Below the pieces are notes generated by a model. That model was not told the DNA's origin and made no database searches. It saw only the letters and a list, made by a program, of their open reading frames with translations. Shown one piece after another: positions 51,901 through 64,000 of a stretch of 64,000 nucleotides of DNA (the stretch's first letter is position 1; each line of letters opens with the position of its first letter). The position numbers and the translations under genes are program-made. This DNA comes from Takakia lepidozioides (lineage: Eukaryota > Plantae > Bryophyta): the NCBI GenBank assembly GCA_030704615.1, contig CM060734.1:60388001-60452000 (forward strand), written 5' to 3'.

Positions 51901-54319
51901 CAATTGATGCCCTGGTCTCCACTGGGGGAACCAACATTGCAGAAGGCTTGAGGAAGGGGGCAAAGGTAATATTTTGCAAATAGCACGTGTACAGTGTGTT
52001 TTCACAGTATCTTGTGAGATGGGCACCTATTGATCTAGTTTGCTGCAGTGGGGTTTATCAGAGCAAGATCAGGTCATGAGAGTGAAACACAGTCAACATG
52101 GGACTGAATCTCTAGTTAATCTCAGCCTCGTGTGTTTTGAATTTACCATTCAGGGGTTGTACTCTTGCTTGAGAGAATCTCTTACCAATATTTCTTAGTT
52201 CTTAAGCCAAAGCTTATTTGCAATTCCTGTTCAGGTGCTGGCGGATCGTGTAACGCGCAATCCAGTGGCAAGTATTATGCTTCTATCTGACGGGCAAGAC
52301 ACATACACAATGGGTACAAGGGTTCATGTCTCCATCCCCCACCGTACTGGAAGTGAATACAGACGGTTGCTGCCAGGATCCATCCGGCATAGCCGACGCT
52401 CTGGTCAGACTCCCATTCCTGTCCACACTTTTGGGTTTGGGTCTGATCATGATGCATCCACCATGCATTCCATCGCAGAAGTTTCTGGCGGGACCTTCTC
52501 GTTCATTCAGGTTTGTCTCAGACACACTTACCTGAAGAAACGTTTGGTATGTCTTACCTGCTCATGAAACCTGCGAAAGGGTCAAGTATTGTGCCCGTCA
52601 AAGAAGTCCAGGAACTAGAGATAACTTCAAATTGGAATGAGTTGTAGTATGAGTAAATATATCCAAGTAGGATAATGCAGAGTGACACTAATGTGAGAAG
52701 ACCAGACCAGAGCTAGACTGGCTCACCTCGGAAAAGGTTTTACAGCCGTTGCCAGGAGGGACTATGGGTAGAAAGATAGAGGTTGATGAACAAATTATTA
52801 AACAACAAGACCGGCATGGGTGGGTATCTGCCTGTGAAATAATCAACAAAATGCCCAACCAACAGTAGTCAGGTGGATACTTCTCCAACCAAAGCTGATT
52901 TCCTTGGATCTGCCAGGCGGAGGGCGTTGTACAAGATGCATTTGCTCAATGCATTGGGGGTCTACTCAGTGTGGTGGTCCAGGATTCTCAGCTGGTCATC
53001 AACAGTGGGAGTCCTGGCGTTGAAGTGAAGAGCATCGGAGCAGGAAGCTATGAAAATGGAATTCGAGAGAGTGCAAGCGAAGGATTTGTGAAATTGGGTG
53101 ATATGTATGCCGAGGAGGAGAGAGACATTCTGCTAGAGCTCAGGCTTCCAGCTCTCGAGAGAGTCCCATCCGGCACAACCCACCTCGGCACCCTACTGCG
53201 TGTCGGATGTTCGTACAAGGATCCAGTGTTACAGGAAGTGAAGCAGATGCCTGTGCAAGAGGTGTCTATCAGGCTACCTTTCCAGCTGAGAATTTGTTCA
53301 GAGAATGTGTTCAACACTCTATTTGTTTCCAGGGGGAGAATGTGTACGATTAGATGCAGCAGAAACTGGAATGCGAGTTGTGTTATCTTTTCTGATAGGA
53401 CATGATTGACATCTAAGTAGAGCAGGGTCTACAGTTCAAGGGGAATGGAGGACAGTCAAGTGGGGACTTCATTTTGTTCCTCCTTAAAGACTAAATTGGA
53501 GCCCTGGTTGATTGGAGCCAGGTGTGCATTCAGCGGCCCGAACAGGTGGAGAGGGAACAAGAAATAGTGAGCATCGAAGTGGATCGGCAGAGAAACCGGC
53601 TACGAACAGCACAAACCATTGTGGAAGCAGGCTCACTAGCTGACACTGGAGACATAGCTGCTGCACAGCTCATCTTGCAAAGTGCAAAATCAGCGCTGCA
53701 AAGCTCAGTTGCTTCACAGGTACTGAAATTTGGAGTCATTGTCATTCCGTAGTGTGATGCAGCATAGAGAGGAGAGGAGACTGGATCACAGAAGGGCTGG
53801 GAAAGGTCCCACTGAAAGCACATTGTCTGAATATCTTCTAAACATTGCTACCGAGAATTTCTGTTTGCTTTGCAGGTCGGGGACCAGCTCACAAATGCTT
53901 TAGAGGTGGAGCTCACAGAAATCCAAGTGCGGATGGCTAACAGGCAGATGTATGAAAGATCAGGGCGTGCATATGTCCTTTCTGCCCAGAGCTCTCACTT
54001 CCAGCAGCGGGCAACAACACGAGGTAGCTTTGTTGACAGCCAAAGCCGTGACTACCAAACACCTTCAATGGTGGACATGATACTCCGGTCACAAACACTC
54101 TCGCCTCAACATTCTGCCTCAGCCTCGGGATCCTCAACTCCAAGTTTTACACCAAACCTGACTCCAACTCGAGAATCGAGGCATGGGAGATTGAGGTCTG
54201 GCCACACGGGTGTCTTCCCTTCCCCATCCCGAATGCTGATGCGCCGCACATCAGGGCGAGTTGGGGACTCCCACAGCCGGGCAGACTCTTTCTCCCCAGC
54301 CTCTCCCTGTTCTCTTTGA
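48984..54319 (+). CDS. RING finger-vWA domain E3 ligase (WAV3-related family). Exons 48984-49241, 50423-50707, 50991-51117, 51274-51965, 52235-52510, 52917-53261, 53522-53719, 53876-54319
   Basis: MGTGWRKAK; CAIC…AECSHTFHFSCI…CPVC; DLVTVLDISGSM, GGTNI, LLSDG, HTFGFG; GT-AG introns with consistent phases. The exon 2 donor and exon 4 acceptor are less certain. Confidence 0.9.
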
Positions 54320-55806
54320 GATTTGTCAAGATTGTCTCCAGCTGGGTGATGTGCAACTGGCAGCTTGTGGTCAGAGGATACTGGTGTAGGTGCTACCCCC
54401 TCTCGACACATCTTAAAGGTTCAGACTCCAAAACCCCCCCGCCCTTAATTAGACCTACACAGCCGGTTCTAGGTAAATCTTAAGGCTTTGGGACTTTTGA
54501 TAAAGTTTGGGGGCACCATATACTTGTACACTAACCCAAGGGTTCAAGTGAGGGAGACAAAACGAGACCCAAAACGAGAACAGGTCAGAGTTCCCTTTCG
54601 AACCCAGAGAAGTGCACGTTGAAGGAGGGGGAGAGAATACCGACAAATTTGTGGCGTCCTTGTGGGCCTCCACGGGACAAGGAAAGGAGAGGGAGCGGGA
54701 AGACTAGATTGTCCTGCAAAGCTGGCAGACTAGTAGTTCATCCGGCCCTTTCTTCCTTCATCACCAATCTTCTCTATTGATTCCTGTGAGCTGTTTTTAG
54801 CTGGGATTGACATGTATTCTACAGACGAAAATTGCACCGACGTCGCTCAATTGATTCTTTACAATAAGGCCTCATTCTGTGGGGCCACTAGATTTCATAC
54901 CAAACTTCATGTGCCCACTTCTTGAGTTTTCCATTCAACAGCCCAAGCTCCGAAAGGAACAATTCTAGAAGGAAAAAACTCCTCCATTGTGAGCGGAATT
55001 TTTATAAAAATGTGTACAGCTCTCATGGTAGGGAGTTTTGTTTTGGCATCAAATGTATGAGGACTTGTCAGACACTTAGTATGTTTTATAGCCATTGAAC
55101 AAGTCACCCTCATGGGGTGTGGTACCTTTGCAACGACGTGTGCCTTTGCAGACGTCCATCGTTGGCAACAACAACTCTCCAATTACACTTTGAGAGCTGT
55201 GCACATCCCGCCGTCATTTTCTGCAACCCCAAGACAAGCAACACACAAGTATGAAGCTGCCAGACGAAATCAAGAAGAGAGTGAGTGTAGTGCAGTGGTA
55301 GAGAGTAGCCAAAACTGCAAAACAAGAAGAGACGCAATTTGCGGAATAACTTAGAGCCCAACCAAAAATCAGCCATGTACACACGTACACACCAACAATC
55401 ACGCTCAACAGATAGAGCATTAGATTAATATGCATCGACAAAATGAAAAGCAGGAGGTAGATGACAGTTTTGTTCTTGTTCCTCGTGGTTATGAATGTCA
55501 AACAGTGGTATTGAGGTCTGTTTTTGGGCTAAGTTCCTTTCTTCCAAAAAAACTGGAAAAACACTTACCCGGACCGGAGGGTAAGCTAAAACCCATAAAC
55601 CCGCCCAACACTGGTCCTATCTCTCGGGAGAGCTAACTAGAACCCTAAACCTCTCTTCGTTGTTTAGGTCGTGCGCCCCTGTTGTGTCCCTCTCCTCTCG
55701 ATCTCCATGAGCTGACGAAGATTCACGACGAGAGGGTGGGTCTTGCAGGAAAACTGAAAGTTTAGTTGGGTTTCTCGATACGGTTGCTTGAACGGGAGGA
55801 GCGACT

Positions 55807-57372
55807 ATGAGGCCTCCTCTACGTGGTGGACGAGGTGGTGGAGGGGGTTTTCGTGGAGGTGGCTATGGAGGCAGGGGTGGCGGAGGGAGAGGTGGATTTG
55901 GCGGGCGTGGTGGAGGCGGATACCGTGATGAAGGGCCTCCTGAAGAAGTTGTTGGTACACCCTAAAGCGAAATTCTGAGCGTTCTCGTGTCTAGCACAAT
56001 GTAGTACTTTATTTTGTTACTCTGGTTCTCTCTTCTCTGTGGCTGAGCTACTCTTGGCTGGCAGTTGGGTCTTTAGTAGAAGAGTAATTCTGGGCGTTCT
56101 CGTGTCTAGCACATTGTAGTACTTTATTTGTTACTCTGGTTCTCCCTCCTCTGTGGCTGCCTTCTGGAGCTACTCTTGGCTGGCAGTTTAGTAGAAGAGT
56201 TGCAATCTGGTCAAACCAAAAAATTGCATGTTGGGAATTGGGTATGGCAGAGGTGGCAGTGTTCCAACATGCATGTGAGGGTGAGGCAGTGACGAAGCTG
56301 ACCCATGAGAAGATCCCCTATTTCAATGCCCCCATCTTTTTGGAGAACAAGACCCAAATTGGGAAAGTTGAAGAAATTTTTGGTCCCATCAATGAAGCTG
56401 TAAGCTTGTCAGGCATCCCTCCATTTTCCCGCATGTTTCCCAAACTCCAGTTCATTTGTGGATTGACCGAAGTGGCAATGGTCACTGTTTTAACATGCTC
56501 TTTTTATTTTGTGTATATTCCATTAATGTCCAATGGAAGTTATGGGGATATTGGTGTGGCAGATGTTTTCCGTGAAGATGCAGGAGGGCATCATTGCAAC
56601 ATCATATAAAATTGGTGACAAGTTTTACATTGACCCCAACAAACTCCTCCCGCTTCAGCGTTTCCTACCTCAACCCAAGTATGACTGGGATATTCCTGAA
56701 GTCACCTTTTAATGTCTTTTTTGTTCGCTAGGAGATCCTCTACTGCTATCCTAACAGAGATACAAAGTGAGTAGTGCAAGGGTCAAAGACCTTAAGGATA
56801 GGGACTTATAGGTTGGATCATACATTCCCATTTGGATTCAGTGTGCATGCTTTCTGATAGGTCTGATGGAATTCTGCAGAGGCCAAGGTGGTGGCAGGGG
56901 TGGTGGCAGGGGAGGTGGACGTGGGGGTGGAGGTACTGTCTCATGTTGCATTTCATTCAGTTTTGGATGGATTCATGAAAAGGTTGATTTTGGGAATCTG
57001 ATGTGGATAGCCAGTCACTTGAATTACTTTACTCCAATATAATATGCAGTTCCCTTGAGCAGTGTCAGATTCATACTCTCAAGCAGTGGATATCTTTCCC
57101 AAGCCTCAGGCATTGTGCATGAGTGGATCCCCTTGGAAACTGCCACTTCTTGCTGATGAAACATGCTCGGTGTTTTTGTGAAACTGCCATTTGACTGACA
57201 CTGCATATGACAAACAGGCCGTGGTGGGAGAGGAGGCCCGGGAGGATTTCGAGGGCGTGGAGGGGGAGGGGGGTTTCGCGGGGGTGGTCGTGGGGCTGGA
57301 GGTAGAGGCTTTGGAGGTAGGGGGGGTGGTGGCCGTGGGGGAGGAGGCTTCCGAGGGAGAGGACGATTTTGA
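55807..57372 (+). CDS. GAR1: H/ACA ribonucleoprotein subunit GAR1. Exons 55807-55954, 56251-56399, 56563-56678, 56880-56932, 57218-57372
   Basis: RGG-rich ends flanking EGPPEEVV…[28 protein letters not shown]…[13 protein letters not shown]; splice phases consistent. Confidence 0.93.
55978..56200 (+). repeat. ~115-bp imperfect tandem duplication in GAR1 intron 1
   Basis: gcgttctcgtgtctagcaca…ttagtagaagagt occurs twice. Confidence 0.85.
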
Positions 57373-59051
57373 GCAAATGTGTTGTGGATTCACTTCTGCT
57401 GTAACTGAGCTAGAGAGGAATCATTTTTCAAAAGTGAGGCTTAGCCTTCGCAGGTTTTCCTCATTGAAATTTTCAGGGTTTGGTCTATTATCTGTTTATT
57501 GAAGTGCCTTTGTATCGTTTGCAAATGGTTCCAAGCAGGACAGGATTATTTGGATGGTGAACGATTTTTCATTTTTCCTCTCATCTCCCTCTATGTTGCC
57601 TGCACCCCTGTGAATTATTGTCAAATAGTGCTCCTGGATGTCTACAGTTTCCATGTCCAGCATTTAGTTGCATAGAATAGTGCCAGTCTCATAAGCTCTT
57701 TGACAGTAACTATCCTCTTTGCAGATCCAATCACCAACATTTTGGCCCTTCAAATTCCCATTGGGAGCCTTACATTTGTGCTGGCTAGCATATGATGAAT
57801 GTGATAGCCAACTAGCTCACCAGCAAACATATCGACAAATGTGCATTGTCAGGAGAAATGGACTAGAATGCATTCTACTTCCATCCCAAGGATTATACTA
57901 CACAACTGCCAAGGTGGCAGAACCAAGCCTTCCAAGACCCAAGTATGGCAGATACTGCCTAAAAAGAACACATTACACATCAGCAATCCACATTGGCAAA
58001 TGTACTTACTGTTCATCCTCCTCAATGACCAGGCTCAAGGGCCCAACAGCTTCTTCAAAGCTAGTGACTAGTCAAAGCAGTTAGGTCTGTGTCACCAACA
58101 CAACAAGGAGAGTTTGTTTGCTGTGATACTTGAAATGTTTTGCTTTCTACAGGTTTGAATCAGCTAGAAATTGCGTTCGACCTGAAATATGCCCATCTAT
58201 ACACCAGGCATCCCTACAGTTGACCTAACAGGTCCTCTTGTGTGTGACAAAAAGAAACATTGCAGTGGTTTCAGTCTCAATCATATAATGATCTGCTGAG
58301 ACAACAAACAAGTTACATGACTTAATTTGGATCAAGTCCAAGTCATTCCCTCATTTTCGTACCACACCCCAACACCAAAATTGTTGCATGTCCCTTGCGC
58401 ACCTCTCACTTCCCGTAAAACTGCAAAACAGATTGTGCTTGAGAAATCAGGGGAAGGAGCACTTCATTAGTCTAAGGTACATCGAGACATGCAAAAGAGA
58501 AACACACAGCCACGGGCAGAGATGAGAAATGGAGGCCGCAGATCTCAAATGGGGTGGAGGGATGGGCACAGCACACCCTGAAGAAAAGTTGTTCACCAGA
58601 CTCCAAACAACCAGCAACTATCCAAGAAACAAAAGGGAAAATTAGACACCCTAAAGTATCGGTGAAGATGGAATGATGAACAATTACACCCTCAAAGAAA
58701 GTAGCGCACCAAACTGGGAAACATAGCAAAGGAGACAAAATACACCAGAGCCAGAGACGTATAACACAGAAACAGTGGTGTACATATACAGCTGTGAGAT
58801 GTTTTTTAACAAAGAATGGAGTTCATCTCTCCAGGAAGGAAACACTAGATTGTTTGAGTTTGAATTCTATGACTCCTTTTTGCTATGTCCCTGGCTGGAA
58901 TTTTCAATTCCTTAGTTCTGTGCCCTTTTTCTTGTGCGCTTCATGAGAAGGGCATGCATAATCATCAGTGCACTAGGCAAGAGGCGAGACTGGCATATTC
59001 CTCAAGGAGTTCTTAACAAGAATGGGGAATTCAAAGCATTATGTACCGTTT

Positions 59052-62000
59052 TCAGCGAGACTTTAGCGAGCCACCCAAGAGATTAGACAGGACGCCTGGA
59101 TCTTGTTGCAACTTTTGCTGCTGGTTGACATCAGCAAATGCTGGGTGGCAGAAGAGCTTTTCCAGTAGCTGTGTTCCTCTCAATGCGTTAGTGAGAGGAA
59201 GGTGGCCCTCAGGAGTGGGATCTGCGACATCCCATGTGAATTCCAGAGGGAACTTTCTATAGATGTCTTGGCGTTCATCCAGTGCCCGAGTCCATCCAAC
59301 TTTCTTAAAATATGCATTCCAATTCCTGTTCACTTTGTTCCAAATCTTGGCCTGCACACTGTAGCCAAACTTGTTGCTGCTATATGCGCGCCATAGGCTA
59401 TCTACAATTCTTAGATCTGATTCTGCAATAAACTGCACCTCTGAAAAGTAAACCCACTTCCTCTTGACTGCCCCTTCGCCTGCCAACTCACACAGCAGTC
59501 TCCTAGTCTCTCCATCGGCAGCTTCCCACTCGCCTGCAGCAAGCTTATCGCGCAGTACTTGAAAAGAAATGCCTTCTACAGACTGAAGAGAGATGTCCTT
59601 CAGTTTATCAAACAACATTACCGGTATTAGTAAGACTACAGATCACTCAACGCAATTGATGTAATGAATTGCAAAAGAAACAGCCTGCATTCACATGCAG
59701 CTCACCAACATGTAGAAGTGCTGGAATCAACAGTGTGTTCCAATCAACGATGTCAATACCAACCCCTGCATCAGCACTGAGTTCCCTGTAACTGGATTGT
59801 CAATGGCTGCCATAAAATTCACGGCTCACTTTCCATATATAGTGAGCACAAACTCCAAAATGGGTTCCAGGAACATTGATATCATGTGGGGACCAAAGCC
59901 AACATTCACAGAAAATAGTCAATGAGTACATCTCTCCCTCCCTCTCCCAAACATAACGAAGTTAGGCAAAACACTTCCCTGAACTCGTTTCCAGTTTGTG
60001 ACATGGGTGTGGACTTTAAAGGATGATCTGAAGGGTCTACCTACATCTGGCACAAGACTGAAATAAAACTTCGGGCAGGAAGTCTACCTTTGAACAATAA
60101 ACAGATGCAGAGAGGAAAGGGAGATTGATGTGCAGGCGGCCTAAGACAATATCCATTTTCAGATACAATGTCCGGGGTATTCTTATCAGAGAGCAACCCT
60201 CTTCAGGACCATCAAGAACATAGTCCCTGCACCACTGCTCACCAACTTTTAAACCTCGAGGCGAGCCTAAAGCCCTGGCCCTGTTCGTTTCCTCTTTTTC
60301 CATCTAAAATTAGCAGATTTTGTTAATTCTGATGGGACAGAATACCCGAAATATTGGTCCAATTGATGGGCAGCTCATACACGGCAGATTGATGCTTGTG
60401 TGAGGGAAGTTCTAGACGAAATCTGGAAAGGCCCCTTACAAAGATAGTTTCTTTTCCCTCTTGTTCCGCCCAAACTGGGCAAGGGGTCTATGGCCACAAG
60501 GCTATAGCAAACATCTCATGAGTACACTCTCTCCCTCCAATGCTGGATTAGTTTATTACTTCATTGTATGGGTTCATCAGTATAGAGGATGCTGAATGTC
60601 TTCCATGAGGTAATGCCAATCATAGGCACTTACGAGGTATGTCACTTATTGTCTTTTCTTGCTATATGCCTGTTGATATGGGTAGATCTCCTAGAAAGGG
60701 ATGATGACCCGATTAAAACCTTTTAATTGAAGTTGTCAAATAAATAGGGTGACTCATAATGCACCCCTTTATCTCCTAGCTGCCAGAGCTTATGTACTAA
60801 GCTGTAGTACCAAACAGCTGGTGGGTTAGATCTTTATGGCTATCCACTAGTTTGGCGGCTCTATTTTGGACGTTGCTAAACTCCCATTATAATTGTAGAG
60901 TTGTACCCCACTCTTGCAATTAGATGTGGTTGGCCACTTGGCTCTTCCTAGTACACACCTATTGGCTGGAAGGAGGTAGCCCCTATCCCTTCAGCATATA
61001 TGGGTAGTTATCTTCACTCTCACAGCCATCTTCTTCAAATTCAGGAAGTGTCTGGAAGGGGTGCAGCTTGTGACATCATGACACACTTCAAGGTTCTCTT
61101 CTTACCACTCCAGCTCTATTTGTGATGAGGTGCCTTGCCATATTCTTTATATACTGTTGTGAGGAGCCTTTTTCAAGGCTGACAATGTCTTTCCTTAAAA
61201 GAAGCAATCTGACTCAGACTTCTTCGTTTCCAGTCTTGACATGACTAGCCCTTATCTCTATGTGGGGCTTCAATGCACATGTATAGTGCAGGCGCAACTG
61301 TTTCAAACTCCCAATTCCTAACAGCAACTGCCAATGACCTCTTTGCTTGAACCCTTATGGTCACCCTAGGAGGTATGGAAGTGGGGCCCAGGAAGTTCAG
61401 GCATACCAAGGGTCGTAATGTCTGTGGTCGGCAAATGGACCCTAGCAACTTAAAATGTAACTTCAATAGCTTCATGCAACTACTTGATGATGTAGATTTC
61501 ACTCATGAGAGAATAGTTAAAAGTGGCCCAATGTGTACATCAGTAAGAGACTCACCACATCTTTGATTATCTGCTTCTCTGCCTCCACATCTTCAGCAGT
61601 TGCAAAGCAGATGCTTTGAGACCTTATAATACAGGCAACCATATATGAATAAGACCTTGGAATTGACAATGGCAATGCTGTAAACATGACATGTAATTCA
61701 GCAACACACAAAACTTGGGCATGTACAGGGATTGTAGTGCAATCCTAGTTGCCTCTACTCCTCTGGTGCTTCACGGCTTGAAATAGTAAACAGAACCTAC
61801 AATACTAATCTGTTAGCTGCTGCAGACAGGGCTCCAAAAACAAACTTGCTCACAGTAGATTGTTACATAACTTATTCCATTGCAGAAAGGGTGGAGAGAG
61901 AAGTAGTAAGAATTTTGTTTTTCCTGGGGACAAATTTTGTTGTGCTCAAATGACGTTTTGTTGAAAGAGCCTAACAGCAAACAATGACACACTTCCCACG

Positions 62001-62735
62001 AGTTCCACACAAACAACCAGGAAATATCAAACCTACAACAAGAAATGTCTGGACAAAAGAAAGAGGAGTCTTTGTACCTTACAAAACTGTACCCCTCCTT
62101 GACTCTGGAGACTAAACCTAGAAATCTTGCGTCTCCTCCCCAGCTCAGCTGTTCAGGCACTGCCAAGCCACTATGGCTTTCCTTCCTATAATTTGTTGGT
62201 AACAAGCCAACAATTCCTGCCAGGGTCCTGCCTGCGGTCAATACCTTAACATTTTCTATCTTTCTCCACGTGTATGCAAGTTCTGGTTTAACGAGTAAAT
62301 TTCCTGTGAAATGACCAAAAACTCACAACATGCGCACCCTTTGCCCCTGCCTCTCTCTCTCTCTCTCTCCCCTCCCTCCCTCTGCAGCCTTAAATTGGAC
62401 TACTCTCGACAGTTAGATCAACTCATGATGCTCCAGTCAGTCCCTGCAAACTATCGCGACAATTGAGAAGCGTTCAATGCCAATTAAAAAAGACCCTGTA
62501 GGACCCTCCATCTCAGTCCAGCCTCAAACCACGGGCTCTAGGAGCAGACAGGGACCAGAGACAGTAGGTCCTAACCACCAACTGGCACCAATAAAAACTC
62601 TTAAGCAATCATAGAGCAACAGAAACGGAAAGACGAGCAGGCCATACCGAGCTGCGGTGACCTCCCATTTCGAGACAAGGCACAAACGGCTTCTGGAGGA
62701 GCAATGCCACATACAGATGCCATTGACGCTGCCAT
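59052..62735 (-). CDS. GUN4: GUN4 tetrapyrrole-binding protein. Proposed exons 62735-62648, 62303-62078, 61622-61556, 59597-59052 (308 aa)
   Basis: Core AADGETRRLL…LWRAYSSNKFGYSVQ…PEGHLPLTNALRG is clear. The three 5' exons are inferred from phase-compatible GT-AG sites and a transit-peptide-like start (MAASMASV). Confidence 0.85.
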
Positions 62736-64000
62736 CCTGCCTTCCAAACACTCCACGCTCGCGCTTCACATCAATCAGCGCTCCAATTCTCCAACACTGC
62801 CCCACAACCGGCAAATGTAGAGCTTCCACCAATGTGGCACACTCTCATTTGGTGAGAGCAGACCCTTAGCAGGACCTCCTCTCTAAAAGCGATGACGTGT
62901 CGCTCTTCCACTTAGCAATTGTTTAATAACGCACTCTTCTAAGCAGAAGATTTAGAGGAAGTGATGAGGGAGGGGGCTCGTGATTTCATTCCTCTTGAGC
63001 AACACCCACAGTTGATACAAGCCATGGTTTGTCAATGCATTGATTAAGCAGGCCAAGGATGTCTCAAGTTTAAACATGTTAGCACGTTAGCACCGAAAGG
63101 TTGCATCAACAAGTTCCAGCAATCTTTGTCAACAATCACCCTGGATTATTGACTCCGCCAGTTTTGAGATGGAGTATGATCAAGTCGTATAGATTTAGAA
63201 TGTACAAATGCAGCATAAGTTATGTGATATGTCCCAAGCTGTAAATTCGTTTCTTTTCGGAAGTGTGGCCAAGTCCGAGGATCCTGAAGATGCATGTAGC
63301 AGCCATTGTGGCAGAGTTATACCGGCTATGGCTGCAGTATGAGACCCGCACACTGATATCACCATCATTGTTGTCCGGTTCAATTCACCCCCCTAACTTC
63401 CTCCCCTTTCAATTCCCCTACTTATTACTCTTTTCCTCGGTCTCTGTGTCTGTTGTACAGGGGGTCAATGGCCACAAGGCTACGGCAAACAAAGTCTTAT
63501 GAGTACATTATGTCCAAAACCTGGTGGATACGAACCCACAACAGAAAAAGGGTTCTGGGAGGGTTAGATTCCTGCGGGGTCAATGGCCGTAAGGCTATGG
63601 CAAGCCGATGTTCGCAGGGAACGGCGTGAGTACATTCTGTATCTGTCTCCTTCTTTTTCTAGTCGTTTCGAGTCGTTCATTATTTGAGAGAGTCCCATAT
63701 GCTCTTTGGGCTTTTGTTGACGTTGTGAAGACTCTCCCTCCTTTCTTGGGTGACCACAACTCATTACTTGAAGCAACAGACATTTGCAACACACTTCAGC
63801 TAAGTTCTCATGCACTCTGTTGTGAATGATTTCACCTTCTTGTCTAGTGGAGTTAGTCAAGTTGCTTGCATCAACTGATTCAACCACTTCATAGTTTCTT
63901 ACAATGTAAAGAAGAAATAAACGATTGACCTTTTCAAACAGGCCGAAGCGTCAGATCCAGAAGCACTCGACCTGGACCCACAGGTCATTACAGGCAGTAA

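Noticed and set aside
55640-55650. Telomere or telo-box upstream of GAR1
   Set aside because: A single imperfect GAACCCTAAAC; plausible for this gene class but too short to support.

Overview
Eukaryotic nuclear DNA from a land plant, probably seed-free (inferred from spliced GUN4, GAR1 and RING-vWA genes plus PLS-type PPR and bulb-lectin fragments). Bases 1-45281 are a nest of decayed LTR retrotransposons; after a 500-N gap, 45782-64000 is ordinary gene space. The main find is a Ty3/Gypsy family whose polyprotein reads gag (2 zinc knuckles) - protease - C5 cytosine DNA methyltransferase (canonical motif order, DNMT3-like) - RT - RNase H - integrase - PHD finger, so it carries both a methylation writer and a histone reader. 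Two diverged copies have the same in-frame TAG followed by CARYYA between the methyltransferase and RT, a candidate programmed readthrough. The family's LTR-related sequence carries covarying hairpins. Also present: a second Gypsy family with two extra 3' ORFs and a solo LTR with TSD, chromovirus remnants, host-gene fragments, and a ~10.2 kb near-identical inverted duplication (about 5993-16239 vs 35055-45281). No element here is intact; the domain order is reconstructed from overlapping copies.
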